Assembly: GCA_964615985.1 (NCBI GenBank)
Contig: CAZTQX010000001.1
Coordinates: 18,978-82,977, forward strand
Direction: 5' to 3'
Origin: an uncultured Gammaproteobacteria bacterium
GTDB taxonomy: Bacteria > Pseudomonadota > Gammaproteobacteria > JAUZRS01
DNA: 64,000 nucleotides
Below, in pieces: positions 21,550-31,987 of the stretch. The position numbers and the translations under genes are program-made. The notes beneath the pieces were generated by a model. The model was not told the DNA's origin. It worked only from the letters and a program-made list of their open reading frames with translations, and ran no database searches. Every line of letters starts with the position of its first letter. The first letter of the stretch is position 1.

Positions 21550-22011
21550 TTAGCAGAGATTGATGTCTGCTGTTGCGCAGGAACCGCCTTTCGTCCAAGT
21601 AATGGAAGAGCTGCCAGGAGCCGTATTGGGAGTCAGGCTATAAGTAGTAGCAGCCGTTTGGCCAAAATCACCGGCGGTAGTGGTGGCAGTGATAACCCCT
21701 GCGACAATGGTCAGAGCCGCTAAGGTATTGGTGGTATCCAATGCCATCGGCAGGTTGGCTGGTATGGCTGGAATAGAACCGAGGTTGCCAAGATAACCAG
21801 GTATACATGCGGTTAGTACGCCACCGTTTTCTTGAGCACAAAGTTCCACGCCAAGCTTGTAGGGAGCGATAAGAGAGGTGACGGATTTAAACGCTGCGCG
21901 GTTGGTAAAGTTTTGATACTGAGGAATGGCGATGGCGGCCAAAATTCCGATAATCGCGACCACAATCATCAGTTCGATCAGAGTAAAACCTTGCTGTTTT
22001 TTATTTTGCAT
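21550..22011 (-). CDS. type IVa pilin (second, paralogous pilin)
   Basis: Leader MQNKKQQ followed by [21 protein letters not shown]. Alternative GTG start at 22017. Has a C-terminal Cys pair. Confidence 0.9.
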   Translation of the reverse strand: MQNKKQQGFTLIELMIVVAIIGILAAIAIPQYQNFTNRAAFKSVTSLIAPYKLGVELCAQENGGVLTACIPGYLGNLGSIPAIPANLPMALDTTNTLAALTIVAGVITATTTAGDFGQTAATTYSLTPNTAPGSSSITWTKGGSCATADINLC

Positions 22012-22051
22012 TTTCACGGTGTAGCTCCTAGTTTTAAAGTTGTTTGTTGCG

Positions 22052-22474
22052 TTAACAGAGACCACGATCTCTGCAATTTCCTGAAACTGTCCATGTGACT
22101 GAACTGCCATTGAAAGCTGGGGTTAAGATGTAGTAGGTGTGATCGGTTTGGCCAAAGCTGTCATCAATCGTTGTTACTTCAATTACACCGGCTGTGGTGC
22201 TGAGTTCATTAATCTTGCTTTGATCTTCAATTTTGCCTGGAATTCTTGCCAAGGTGCCAGGGTAGTCGTTACTGCATTGATCAAAGTTTCCTGCATTGTC
22301 TTGAGCACACATCTCGACCGCCATTTTAAACGGAGCCACCAAGGAGATTATCTCCTGAAATTCCGCTCGGTTGGTGAAGTTTTGGTACTGAGGAATCGCA
22401 ATGGCCGCCAAGATGCCAATAATGGCAACGACAATCATTAGTTCGATTAGAGTAAATCCGTTGGATCTCTTCAT
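22052..22474 (-). CDS. pilA: type IVa major pilin PilA
   Basis: Canonical 6-residue leader MKRSNG then [35 protein letters not shown] 6 nt upstream. C-terminal disulfide loop Cys residues present. Confidence 0.92.
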   Translation of the reverse strand: MKRSNGFTLIELMIVVAIIGILAAIAIPQYQNFTNRAEFQEIISLVAPFKMAVEMCAQDNAGNFDQCSNDYPGTLARIPGKIEDQSKINELSTTAGVIEVTTIDDSFGQTDHTYYILTPAFNGSSVTWTVSGNCRDRGLC

Positions 22475-22520
22475 AGTCTGTCCCTGTTGGGGCATGCAAC
22501 TCCTTGGGTAGAAGAGTAAT

Positions 22521-22538
22521 AAGCAGATTGCAGGCCAA
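22521..22538 (-). promoter_or_regulatory. candidate sigma54 (-24/-12) promoter for pilA
   Basis: The minus strand reads TTGGCCTGCAATCTGCTT, giving GG-N10-GC spacing (TGGCCT...CTGCT against consensus TGGCAC-N5-TTGCW). It lies ~45 nt upstream of the pilA start and next to the pilR gene, whose product is a sigma54 enhancer-binding protein. Confidence 0.5.
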
Positions 22539-22665
22539 AAATTAATTACATCGTAAGCGATTGATAATATTTATAATTTTTGTTTTACCCGCTTGCTTGA
22601 TTTTTAAGATAACAGCCTTTGTTACTTATGGACAGGTTTTGTCTTTTTATGACAAACGTGATTGT

Positions 22666-24027
22666 TCATTCTATCCCCATTTTTTTCAGACGATAACGCA
22701 GTTGGCGATAACTGATGCCCAACGCCTCAGCTGCCGCGCTTTTTTTCCAGCGACTTTTTTCCAGTGCCTCCACCAGTGTCTCGCGCTCTTGCTGATTCAT
22801 AATACGATCTAAGGTCTGATTATTCTCATCGTTAGCGGGGGTTTTTTGGGGCTGACGTGCTGTTGCACTGTCTTCGAGTTGCAGATCTGAGCTGTGGATC
22901 TGATTGCCATCTTGCAGAGCCAATGCCCGCTCCAGAATGTTTTCCAGCTCACGAACATTGCCAGGGAAAGCGTAGTGGCTCAGCTTCAGCAAGGCCGACT
23001 GGCTGAGTTGTAGATGGGCCTCGGGGTAGTGACAAGCGAGGCGTTGCAAAATGGCCTGACACAGCTCATCAAGGTCTTCGGGGCGTTCTCTGAGTGGCGG
23101 TATTTTCAGCTCAATGACATTGAGACGGTAGTAGAGATCTTGGCGAAAATGTCCCTGCTCGACCTCTTCGCTGAGATCCTTGTGGCTGGCACTCAAAATA
23201 CGCACATCAATCGGCTCTTCGTGAGTGGCTCCAACGGGACGAATCTGTTTTTCTTGAATGCTACGCAGCAGTTTGACCTGCATCGGCAGAGGCAGATCGG
23301 CAATCTCATCCAGAAACAGCGTGCCACCCTCAGCGGCTTGAAACAGCCCCTCTTTGTTGGCCACCGCACCACTGAAACTGCCTTTGAGATGCCCAAAAAA
23401 CTCACTCTCCATCAATTCGCTGGGAATGGCACCGCAGTTGATGGCGATAAACGGGTTTTGAGCGCGAGGGCTTTGTTGATGAATTTGACGAGCCGCCAGC
23501 TCTTTACCAGTGCCCGACTCGCCACAGATGTAGACCGGTGCTTGATTGCGCGCTAATTTTTTGATGGTGTGGCGCAGCAGCTGCATCGGTTGTGATTGGC
23601 CGATCAGTGGTCGTGATGCTGTCTGTTTGTTTGGTTTAATGCTGGTTTCTGTTTTGTCGTTCAGCCGCAAGGCGGTGTTGATCAGAGTGCGTAGAACCTT
23701 GAGGTCAACGGGTTTGGAGATAAAATCAAACGCGCCTTTTTTTAACGCTTCGACGGCGGACTCCACATTGCCGTGAGCGGTGATCACCGCCACCGGAATT
23801 TGTGGGTACTGTTGCTGGATCAATTCAACCAATTGCAGACCGTTGCCATCGGGCAGGCGCATGTCGGTCAAACAGAGGTCGAACGGCTGTTGGCTCAGAG
23901 CGGTGCGCGCTTGCTGGAGGTCGATGGCGCTGTGGGTCTCAATGCCCATGCGCCCAAGGGTGATCTCCAACAGTTCGCGAATGTCGGCTTCATCGTCAAC
24001 GATCAAGGCAGTAGCGGTTTGGCTCAT
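22666..24027 (-). CDS. pilR: sigma54-dependent response regulator PilR (REC, AAA+, Fis-type HTH)
   Basis: 453 aa with a receiver domain, GESGTGKE Walker A, a GAFTGA-like loop (FSGA) and a C-terminal HTH. Confidence 0.92.
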   Translation of the reverse strand: MSQTATALIVDDEADIRELLEITLGRMGIETHSAIDLQQARTALSQQPFDLCLTDMRLPDGNGLQLVELIQQQYPQIPVAVITAHGNVESAVEALKKGAFDFISKPVDLKVLRTLINTALRLNDKTETSIKPNKQTASRPLIGQSQPMQLLRHTIKKLARNQAPVYICGESGTGKELAARQIHQQSPRAQNPFIAINCGAIPSELMESEFFGHLKGSFSGAVANKEGLFQAAEGGTLFLDEIADLPLPMQVKLLRSIQEKQIRPVGATHEEPIDVRILSASHKDLSEEVEQGHFRQDLYYRLNVIELKIPPLRERPEDLDELCQAILQRLACHYPEAHLQLSQSALLKLSHYAFPGNVRELENILERALALQDGNQIHSSDLQLEDSATARQPQKTPANDENNQTLDRIMNQQERETLVEALEKSRWKKSAAAEALGISYRQLRYRLKKMGIE

Positions 24028-25622
24028 GGGGTTGGGGTATCCAAAGTGTGGTTAAAAATAATACGAAAACAGCTGCCGTGATCGCTGGGGAGGTAACGTA
24101 AAGAGGCATTGTTAAAACGGCACAGTTCGCGTGCCATAAAAAGCCCTAAGCCGGTGCCGGTGTTGCTGGAGGTGTAAAAAGGCTCGAACAGTTTGTCCAG
24201 ATGCTGCTGGGGAATGCCGCTGCCGTTGTCGCTTAAATCCAGATAGGGGTGGCCGGTGGAGGGGGTTTGGCCACAGTGGATGCTGATCTGAATGTTCTCT
24301 TTTTGGCCGTGTTTGATGCTGTTACAGCAGAGGTTCCATAAAATCTGATTCAGGTGCAAAAATTCCATGTAAATGGGTTGGGCTTCGTTGCCAAAGTGCA
24401 GTTGCAGATTTTCTGCTGGCCACTTTTGCTGTTGGCAAAAATCAGCAGAAAATTGCAACAGGCTCTGTTGCAGGTCGATGGCGTGGCCGCTGAATTTTTG
24501 CAGTCGTGAGATCTGCATGACATCTTCGATTAGACGATTGATGCGTTGACCGTGATCGAGAATGATCTCCAACAAACGCCCATCTTCAACGCTGATGTGG
24601 GGTGATTCCGCCAACAGTTGTGAGGCGTGGCTGATGGCACCCAGAGGATTACGAATTTCATGGGCGATGTTGGCCGTCAGGTGGCCAAGGGAAGCGAGTT
24701 TGAGCTGCTGCACTTGTTCTTGAATGGCGGAGGTGTCTTGCAGCGAGATCAACCAGCCTTGGTCTTCCAAAGGAGTGAAGTGCGGTTGCAGTTCCGCTTG
24801 GCTGTTGGGTTCTTTGATTGAGCAGGGCAGCTGTTTTTTAGCCTGATGCCATTGATTCAGTGAGTAGTGCAAACGAGGCGCTTGTTGTTTGAGTGATGAT
24901 TTGTGCTGGAGGTTGGAGAGTTTGAGCAGTTCGCGAGCGCTTCGGTTGGCGAGGCGAATTCGCTGGCGGCTGTCCACCACCAAAATGGCTGCCTCCATTT
25001 TTTCGATGATCAGTTCATTCAACTGCGCCATATTTTTCAGGTCAATGCGACTCTGGGTGGCTTGCGCTTCACTCTCGCGGCTGCGCCGTGCCAGCAGCAT
25101 GGCCAGTAGGGCGGTGGCAAATAGGGTTGCGCCGAGAATGCCCGCTTGTGGGTAGTGGGTACTGCTCTGGCCGAGGCTGAGGTGGCTGTAGAGCTGTTCG
25201 GCCAAAATGGCCAAGCTGGCCAGTGCGGCAAACAGCAGTGCCAGACGTTCGGACATCAACACCCCAAAACCAGCGATGCTGATGATCAGCAGCATTCCCA
25301 AACCGCTGTTGATGCCACCGCTGCTGTGCATCAGCAGTAAAATAAAGCCAATGTCGATGCAGGAGCGGGGGATCAATTGCCTCTCAAAAGCCGGTTGTTG
25401 CAGACGTGCCAAGAGAATAAAAGCCAAACTGCTGAGCAAATAGAGAGTGATGATCAGCATAAACAACAGAGGTTGAGTGGAACCTAAAAAGGGCTTTCCC
25501 AGCTCGGAGAGGTAGGTGGCGATGAGGGTGATGCTGAGCAGCAGACGGTAGCCATCCAGCAGCAGCAGCAGCCGCCAGTTGGAGAGTTGGGTTTTTTGGG
25601 TTGGCGGAGGAGCGTTCAGCAT
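24024..25622 (-). CDS. pilS: sensor histidine kinase PilS
   Basis: 532 aa with six N-terminal TM helices, the H-box HEIRNPL and an HATPase domain. Overlaps pilR by 4 nt. Confidence 0.9.
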   Translation of the reverse strand: MLNAPPPTQKTQLSNWRLLLLLDGYRLLLSITLIATYLSELGKPFLGSTQPLLFMLIITLYLLSSLAFILLARLQQPAFERQLIPRSCIDIGFILLLMHSSGGINSGLGMLLIISIAGFGVLMSERLALLFAALASLAILAEQLYSHLSLGQSSTHYPQAGILGATLFATALLAMLLARRSRESEAQATQSRIDLKNMAQLNELIIEKMEAAILVVDSRQRIRLANRSARELLKLSNLQHKSSLKQQAPRLHYSLNQWHQAKKQLPCSIKEPNSQAELQPHFTPLEDQGWLISLQDTSAIQEQVQQLKLASLGHLTANIAHEIRNPLGAISHASQLLAESPHISVEDGRLLEIILDHGQRINRLIEDVMQISRLQKFSGHAIDLQQSLLQFSADFCQQQKWPAENLQLHFGNEAQPIYMEFLHLNQILWNLCCNSIKHGQKENIQISIHCGQTPSTGHPYLDLSDNGSGIPQQHLDKLFEPFYTSSNTGTGLGLFMARELCRFNNASLRYLPSDHGSCFRIIFNHTLDTPTP

Positions 25623-25667
25623 ATTAAAATCACGGCTCTTGTCCCTCTACGAGTACTGCTAAACATC

Positions 25668-27278
25668 ATGCGTATTGTCATTGCACAGATAAACCCGACG
25701 GTGGGTGATATTGTTGGAAACACCGAGCTGATTGTAACCACTGCGACTCAAGCGCGCCAACGCTGGCATGCAGATCTGGTGATCTTTCCCGAATTGACCT
25801 TGCTGGGCTATCCGCCAGAGGATTTGCTGCTGCGCCCAGGTCTGCAACGACGGATTGAAAAAGCCGTGGAGAGCCTTAAGCAGCAGCTGCAAGAGGGGGC
25901 GATTCTGTTTGGTCTGCCCAGCTTTTCGGAGCAGGGGTTGTACAACTCGGCGATGTTGCTCAGAGACGGAGAGGTGGTGGCGTTGTACCACAAACAGCAG
26001 TTGCCCAATTACGGTGTCTTTGATGAAAAACGCTACTTTATCGCCGCAGATCAGCCCTGTGTTGTGGAGCTGCACGGTGTGAAGCTGGGCATCACTCTGT
26101 GTGAAGACATCTGGACAGCGGCGGTGGCACAGCAGGCAAAAGCAGCGGGAGCGCAGTTGTTGTTGAATCTGAACGCTTCGCCGTTTCATTGGGGTAAGTC
26201 TGTTGAGCGTCGGCAGGTGTTGCAGGCGCGTTGTCGTGAGACCGGTTTGCCCTTGGTTTACGCCAATCAGGTGGGTGGCCAAGATGAGCTGGTGTTTGAT
26301 GGTGATTCGATGCTGCTGGACGGTTCGGGCAACGTGGTGTTGCAAAGTGGTGTGTTTGCAGAGGCGCTGCTGCCTTTTGAGGTGAATACTCAGGGCGTGG
26401 TTACGCCGTTGTCGGATGAGGCGGTGCCGGAGTTGGATGAGGCGGCGGCCACCTATCAAGCTTTGGTGCTGGGGGTGCGGGATTATGTACGCAAAAACGG
26501 TTTTAAAGGCGCGGTGATCGGCCTTTCTGGTGGCATTGATTCTGCGCTGACTCTGACCATCGCCGTGGATGCCTTGGGTGCCGATCAGGTTGAGGCGGTG
26601 ATGATGCCGTCTCGTTACACCGCCGATATGAGTTTGCATGATGCGGAACAAGAGGCGGAGTGTTTGGGGGTGTTGTATCGCTCGATCTCCATTGAACCGT
26701 TGTTCAAAAGTTTTTTGACTGCCTTGGAAGATGAGTTTGCTGGTCTGGAGGCGGACACCACCGAAGAGAACATTCAGGCGCGTTGTCGTGGCGTGATTTT
26801 GATGGCGATCTCGAATAAGAAGGGCAAAATTTTGCTCACCACTGGCAATAAAAGCGAGATGGCGGTGGGGTATGCGACCCTTTATGGTGACATGGCCGGT
26901 GGTTTTGCACCGCTCAAAGATGTACCAAAAACCTTGGTTTATCGACTGGCGCGTTATCGCAACCGTGAGCAGGAGGTGATTCCTGAACGGGTCATTGTGC
27001 GCCCCCCCTCAGCGGAGCTGGCTCCCGATCAGAAAGACGAAGACAGTCTGCCGCCCTACGATATTTTGGATGCCATTTTGGAGCGGTTTGTGGAGCGGGA
27101 TGAGTCGTTGCAGCAGATGGTGGCGGCGGGTTTTGAGCAGGAGACGGTGCAGCGGGTGATGCGGATGGTGGTGATCAATGAATACAAACGCCGTCAAGCT
27201 CCGCCTGGAATACGGGTGACGCGGCGGGCGTTTGGCCGTGATCGTCGTTATCCAATCACCTCGGCTTATCATCGTTGA
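25668..27278 (+). CDS. nadE: glutamine-dependent NAD+ synthetase (nitrilase-like plus NAD synthase domains)
   Basis: N-terminal CN-hydrolase (MRIVIAQINPTVGD...) and C-terminal PP-loop SGGIDS. The six-frame ORF extends further 5' to 25587. Confidence 0.93.
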   Translation: MRIVIAQINPTVGDIVGNTELIVTTATQARQRWHADLVIFPELTLLGYPPEDLLLRPGLQRRIEKAVESLKQQLQEGAILFGLPSFSEQGLYNSAMLLRDGEVVALYHKQQLPNYGVFDEKRYFIAADQPCVVELHGVKLGITLCEDIWTAAVAQQAKAAGAQLLLNLNASPFHWGKSVERRQVLQARCRETGLPLVYANQVGGQDELVFDGDSMLLDGSGNVVLQSGVFAEALLPFEVNTQGVVTPLSDEAVPELDEAAATYQALVLGVRDYVRKNGFKGAVIGLSGGIDSALTLTIAVDALGADQVEAVMMPSRYTADMSLHDAEQEAECLGVLYRSISIEPLFKSFLTALEDEFAGLEADTTEENIQARCRGVILMAISNKKGKILLTTGNKSEMAVGYATLYGDMAGGFAPLKDVPKTLVYRLARYRNREQEVIPERVIVRPPSAELAPDQKDEDSLPPYDILDAILERFVERDESLQQMVAAGFEQETVQRVMRMVVINEYKRRQAPPGIRVTRRAFGRDRRYPITSAYHR

Positions 27279-27305
27279 GGTGGAATGTGTTTATGGGGCG
27301 TTAAA

Positions 27306-28340
27306 TTAACGGTGATTTTTGACCGTGGCAGGAATCACCTCTCCCGATGCCTGCATCCCAATCGCCTCAGGGTGATTTTTATAATGATTCCTCACCACCT
27401 GCGCTAATTTCTCTTTAACCTCCGTATTGACCAAGCTCGGATTGCTTTCTGGCAGAGCTGCAATCAGTTGCGTCAGCAGTTGATTCTGCGGCGTGGGCAT
27501 TTTGGCAACCCAAGAACTGAGCAGCTGACGATCCACATAGGCGGGCAGCGACCCCATAATTCCCACATCGTTTTGATTGTGAATCAGCAGGCCGGTGGTG
27601 GTGCCGCGATCCAGCGTCAGCACTTGGAAAAAGTAGAGGCTGTGATAGGCCAGTTGTGCCGCTTGCTGCTCTGCGGTGGCCGCGATGGGGTCGGCAAAGT
27701 GGTTTGCCAGCAAGGCGAGATAGCCGTCGATAGCCGCTTCACCCACCGAGGTGGCTAAGGCGAGGTCGGCCTGCAAGTCACCGCTGCTGTGGTTCTCCAG
27801 ATAAAAATGTGCCACGCCGCGATGCCGACCCAAAACGGGAATATGAAAATAGCGCTCCCCTTGAACTACGCCGCTGTTGTACTGCTCAGGCGCGGCTTTT
27901 TTGAGGCTGGCTAAAAACTGCTCTCGATCCGCCTCAATTTCATTGGAGGGGTTGAGGTCGGCCATTAAGCGCCAGTAGCCGTTGCCGTCTTTCATCTCTG
28001 TCCAACTGATGTGGATGTGGATCGACGGTGCCAAGGGGTGTTGTGGGTGGATAATGGTGGAGATGGCGGTGGCGGAAGCGAGTTTTTTCTCAGGGTTGGC
28101 GTCGTAGTGAATCTGTGAGACGTTCACCGAACCTCGGCCAAACAGTGTGCCATCGGCGGTTTCATAACGCTCACCGCCGCCGTTCTTGCCCTCTTCGCGC
28201 AGCCAATTTACGGCCTTAAAATGTTGCTGCTGGCCTTTAAACGTAAGCTCTTGTAGGCCGCTGACAAAACGATTTTGCAGGGAAGTGACCAGGGTCAAAG
28301 CTTGGCCAGCGTGGGAAGAGGTGGCGTAGGTGCGAGTCAT
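27306..28340 (-). CDS. hemF: coproporphyrinogen III oxidase (HemF) family protein
   Basis: WLREEGKNGGGERYE...GSVNVSQIHYD and IHPQHPLAPSIHIH resemble HemF core motifs. The C-terminus is longer than E. coli HemF. The ORF could extend to 28448. Confidence 0.6.
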   Translation of the reverse strand: MTRTYATSSHAGQALTLVTSLQNRFVSGLQELTFKGQQQHFKAVNWLREEGKNGGGERYETADGTLFGRGSVNVSQIHYDANPEKKLASATAISTIIHPQHPLAPSIHIHISWTEMKDGNGYWRLMADLNPSNEIEADREQFLASLKKAAPEQYNSGVVQGERYFHIPVLGRHRGVAHFYLENHSSGDLQADLALATSVGEAAIDGYLALLANHFADPIAATAEQQAAQLAYHSLYFFQVLTLDRGTTTGLLIHNQNDVGIMGSLPAYVDRQLLSSWVAKMPTPQNQLLTQLIAALPESNPSLVNTEVKEKLAQVVRNHYKNHPEAIGMQASGEVIPATVKNHR

Positions 28341-28408
28341 ACTAAAGCCCTTTTTAAAAGTGGGGCTACTATGCCGAGCAATGGCTTGAGGTTCAAGCCT
28401 TTTTATCC

Positions 28409-29065
28409 CTATGGTTTTCGATACATCAACCAATAAACCAACCGACAACCAAAATAGACCGCAAACCCCGCCAGCACCACATCACTGAAAAAATGCCCCC
28501 CCTGCGCCATCCGCACCCAGCCGATGTAAGCCCCCATGCTCAAACCAAAGGCAAACCAAGCCTTGCGCCGCCAGCCCACAAACAGAAACGCCGGAGCCAT
28601 CAGCACAAACGCCGCCGAAGCGTGGCCGCTGACAAAAGAGCAGTTGTAGGGGCATTGATCGGTGATTTGCCACGCGCGGGTGAACTGCATTTTGCCGTTG
28701 AACTGTGTCACTTCAAAGGGACGCGCTCTCGCCCAATTCTCTTTGAACAGCGCGTTGACGATCAACCCCGGTCCGACGATAAGGCAGAAAAACAGAAACA
28801 GACTGGGTTTGCGCCAGTTATGCCAGTTGCGCAGAAAACTGAGGGCAAACGCAAGCAGCAACAGCAGCACAATGCCACGGCCAATTAGAGGAACCCATTC
28901 ATAAGGCCGCTCAACAATAGCCTGACCTTCCAGTGGAAATCTTCCCAAGACAGGATCATAAAACCAGCCGCTGCTGATCAGATCGATCTCAGGCAACAGC
29001 ACAAACAGCGCACTACAGATCAGTAGCGCCGTCAGTGGCCACTCTCGTTTGAAAAAAGTGAGCAA
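28409..29065 (-). CDS. PAP2-family membrane phosphatase
   Basis: 218 aa with 5-6 TM segments and the PAP2 motif CSFVSGHASAAF. Confidence 0.8.
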   Translation of the reverse strand: MLTFFKREWPLTALLICSALFVLLPEIDLISSGWFYDPVLGRFPLEGQAIVERPYEWVPLIGRGIVLLLLLAFALSFLRNWHNWRKPSLFLFFCLIVGPGLIVNALFKENWARARPFEVTQFNGKMQFTRAWQITDQCPYNCSFVSGHASAAFVLMAPAFLFVGWRRKAWFAFGLSMGAYIGWVRMAQGGHFFSDVVLAGFAVYFGCRLVYWLMYRKP

Positions 29066-29066
29066 A

Positions 29067-29918
29067 CTACTTGCGCATCACAGCGGCTTGCAAGGTGTTT
29101 TCCAACAACATGGCGCGGGTCATCGGCCCGACTCCACCGGGAACGGGGGTGATGTAAGCGGCACGTTCAGCGGCGATGTCGTACTCCACATCACCGACCA
29201 GGCGACCGTCGGCGGTGCGGTTGATGCCCACGTCGATCACCGTTGCGCCTTCCTTGATCCATTCACCTTTCACCAACCCCGGTTTACCGGCAGCGGCGAT
29301 GACGATGTCCGCTTGTTTGACGTGCTTGCGGGTGTCGTGGCTGAAACGGTGGCAGACGATGACGGTGGAACCGGCGATCAGCAGCTCCATCGCCATCGGA
29401 CGGCCAACGATGTTGGAGGCACCGACGATCACTGCATCACGGCCTTTGTACACTTCGCCAACACTGTCGAGCAGTTTGATAATGCCCCACGGAGTGCAGG
29501 GGCGCAGTTGCGGCATTCGCAGCGCCAGCAGGCCGATGTTGTGAGGGTGAAAACCATCGACATCTTTGTCGGGGTTGATTTGTTCGATGACACGATTGCC
29601 GTCGATGTGATCGGGCAGCGGCAGTTGTACCAAAATGCCATCGACGTTGTCGTCGTTGTTGAGCTGCCCGATCAGATCCAACAGTTCCCGTTGGCTGGTG
29701 CTTTGGGGCAGATCGTGAGAGAAGGAGTTGAAGCCCACCTCATCGCAGTCGCGGCGTTTGTGTTTGACGTAGACCTCAGAGGCCGGATCACTGCCGACCA
29801 ACACCACCGCCAGCCCTGGTGCTCTCATGCCAGCGGCCAGTCTATGGCTGACCTGTTCTTTAACGCCGTGGCGAACCTCTTGAGCAATCTGTTTGCCGTC
29901 GATGATCTGTGCAGTCAT
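29067..29918 (-). CDS. folD: bifunctional methylenetetrahydrofolate dehydrogenase / methenyl-THF cyclohydrolase
   Basis: [16 protein letters not shown] is the canonical FolD N-terminus. The six-frame ORF runs further to 29957. Confidence 0.93.
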   Translation of the reverse strand: MTAQIIDGKQIAQEVRHGVKEQVSHRLAAGMRAPGLAVVLVGSDPASEVYVKHKRRDCDEVGFNSFSHDLPQSTSQRELLDLIGQLNNDDNVDGILVQLPLPDHIDGNRVIEQINPDKDVDGFHPHNIGLLALRMPQLRPCTPWGIIKLLDSVGEVYKGRDAVIVGASNIVGRPMAMELLIAGSTVIVCHRFSHDTRKHVKQADIVIAAAGKPGLVKGEWIKEGATVIDVGINRTADGRLVGDVEYDIAAERAAYITPVPGGVGPMTRAMLLENTLQAAVMRK

Positions 29919-30040
29919 TTCGTTAACCCCATTTTCAGTGGGGCGGAATTCTCTCATGTTGGCTTTGATGCTGACAAGCGTAGTGGCCTGTATTTTGCCG
30001 CTTCTCTTTCACACTCATCCAATTTAGGCGGGAAATCAGC

Positions 30041-31957
30041 ATGGCGTTAAAAAATATGGCTCGACATCAGCAGAGCGGTGGCGGTGAAAGTGGTGGTACG
30101 GATCGGTGGGTGAAATGCAACGCTGAAGATCAGCGTCGCCATGCGCGGACGATGGCCAAACAGCAGCAGGCGGCGGAGCGGATTGCCGCCGCCTCGACGC
30201 AGTTGGCCAGCGGCGTGACACAGGCGGCCAGCGCCCGTGATCAGCTTTCTGTAGCGGTGAATGAAATTTCAGCGGGTGCGGAACAGGCCAGCGGCGCTTG
30301 TGAGCAGAGCCTGTTTTCGATCACTAAAATCACCACGCAAATCAAGCAACAATCTGACTTAGCGGAAACCTCTTCGAGCAAAGCGGTGGCACTGCAAGTC
30401 TTGGTGGATCGTACCTCTGAGGCGATCAGTAACTTGGTGGATAACGTCAAAGTTGCTGCTGATCGTCAAGCGAGTTCGGTCAAAGTGATGGCGGAGGTGG
30501 AGCAGCAGGCGGCCAATATCAATGAATCGGTCAAACAGGTGATGCGGATTGCCGATCAAACCAACCTGCTGGCACTGAATGCCGCCATCGAAGCCGGGCG
30601 CGCTGGCAAACACGGCAAAGGTTTTGCGGTGGTGGCGGATACGGTGCGTACCTTGGCCGAGACCGCTGAAAAAAACGCCCTTGGCATCGCCAAACAGATT
30701 GAGGTGATTCAAGAGTTGGCGCGCAGCGTCGGGGATTCTGTCACCAAAGCGAGTAAAACCGCCTTGGATGAGGTGGAAAAAGGCCAAGTGATTACCCAGC
30801 AGTTGCAGAGTATCAAGGACGATGTTAACGAGGTTTATCAAGGTTCTCAACGGTTGGAGAGCGGTGCTGAAGATATTAACCGTTCGATCTTAGTGGTACA
30901 AAAAGGCGCGGATGTGATTGCCACCGCTGCCCAAGATCAAGCCAGTGCCGCCGAAGAGGTGGTGGCTTCACTGGATCAACAGGAGCAAGCACTGCGTGAA
31001 TCGGAGCAAGCGTCACAAGGGTTAGAGGTACTCTCAGATGAGTTGAAAAACAGTACCGACATCGCCAAAAGCGCCGAGGAGGTGGCGGCCAGCGCCGAAG
31101 AACTCTCTTCGTCCATCGAAGAAATCAATCGTTCAGCGACTCAAATTAGTTCCGCCATTGAGCAGGTCAGTCGCAGTGCCGAGCAGAGTGCCACCGCCAT
31201 TGAGCAAGCGGTCTCTGGGATTGCCGAAGTTGAAAAAGGCGTGGATCTGGCCACCGAAATCAGTGGCTCTGCATTGCAGCGTTGTAAAAACATTCGTGAG
31301 TTATTGAGTGTTAATAAAACCAGCGTTGATGAAATGATCACAGGCATTGGCGATGCGATGGAGTCAGGTCGTGCCAATCTGAAAAACATCGAAGAGGTGG
31401 AGCAGTTGGCGCGTTTGATTGACAAAGTCACCGATGCCATTGCCACCGTCTCGATTAAAACCGGCATGTTGGCGGTCAATGGAGCGGTGGAAGCGGCGCG
31501 AGCCGGTGAATACGGCAAAGGCTTTGCGGTGGTGTCGTCGGATATCCAAAGTTTGGCTGACGATGCGGCAGAAAATGTCGATCAGATTAAAGACCAAGTG
31601 AAAGCCATTCAGGATCAGGCTTCCAAGGTGCGGATTGATTTGACCGAGGTGGCCAACAGTGCCTTGCAAGAGGTTGAACGCACCAAACAGACCACCACCG
31701 ATCTGCTGGCCATCGAAGAGGATATGAGTGTGATTCAGGATGGCAGTGAGCAACTTGGTCAGGTTGCGACTGAAATATCGGCGGCCAGCAACGAGATCAA
31801 ACGCGGCATGGAGCAGATCGCTGCTGCTGCCGAGCAAGCCAGCAGCAATGCCGAAGAAGCATCCATCGCAGCACGACAACAGTCTCAAGGGGCTGAGGAG
31901 TTGGCGGTGGCCACCGAGGAGATCGCCTCCATTGCGGATGAATTGCAGAGTGCGTAA
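30041..31957 (+). CDS. cytoplasmic methyl-accepting chemotaxis protein with two tandem signalling (MA) domains (DosM-like)
   Basis: 638 aa with no TM segment. Two separate receptor-tip motifs are present, [38 protein letters not shown] and [33 protein letters not shown]. Confidence 0.85.
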   Translation: MALKNMARHQQSGGGESGGTDRWVKCNAEDQRRHARTMAKQQQAAERIAAASTQLASGVTQAASARDQLSVAVNEISAGAEQASGACEQSLFSITKITTQIKQQSDLAETSSSKAVALQVLVDRTSEAISNLVDNVKVAADRQASSVKVMAEVEQQAANINESVKQVMRIADQTNLLALNAAIEAGRAGKHGKGFAVVADTVRTLAETAEKNALGIAKQIEVIQELARSVGDSVTKASKTALDEVEKGQVITQQLQSIKDDVNEVYQGSQRLESGAEDINRSILVVQKGADVIATAAQDQASAAEEVVASLDQQEQALRESEQASQGLEVLSDELKNSTDIAKSAEEVAASAEELSSSIEEINRSATQISSAIEQVSRSAEQSATAIEQAVSGIAEVEKGVDLATEISGSALQRCKNIRELLSVNKTSVDEMITGIGDAMESGRANLKNIEEVEQLARLIDKVTDAIATVSIKTGMLAVNGAVEAARAGEYGKGFAVVSSDIQSLADDAAENVDQIKDQVKAIQDQASKVRIDLTEVANSALQEVERTKQTTTDLLAIEEDMSVIQDGSEQLGQVATEISAASNEIKRGMEQIAAAAEQASSNAEEASIAARQQSQGAEELAVATEEIASIADELQSA

Positions 31958-31987
31958 CGGTCATCCAACAACATCAAGGAGAGTGGT

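Noticed and set aside
22496-22665. Alternative long pilin leader starting at the upstream ATG (22495, [11 protein letters not shown]...)
   Set aside because: A 13-residue leader before Gly-Phe is atypical for type IVa prepilins. The internal Met gives the canonical MKRSNG leader with an AGGGA RBS, although the upstream ATG also has an AAGGAG 4 nt away.
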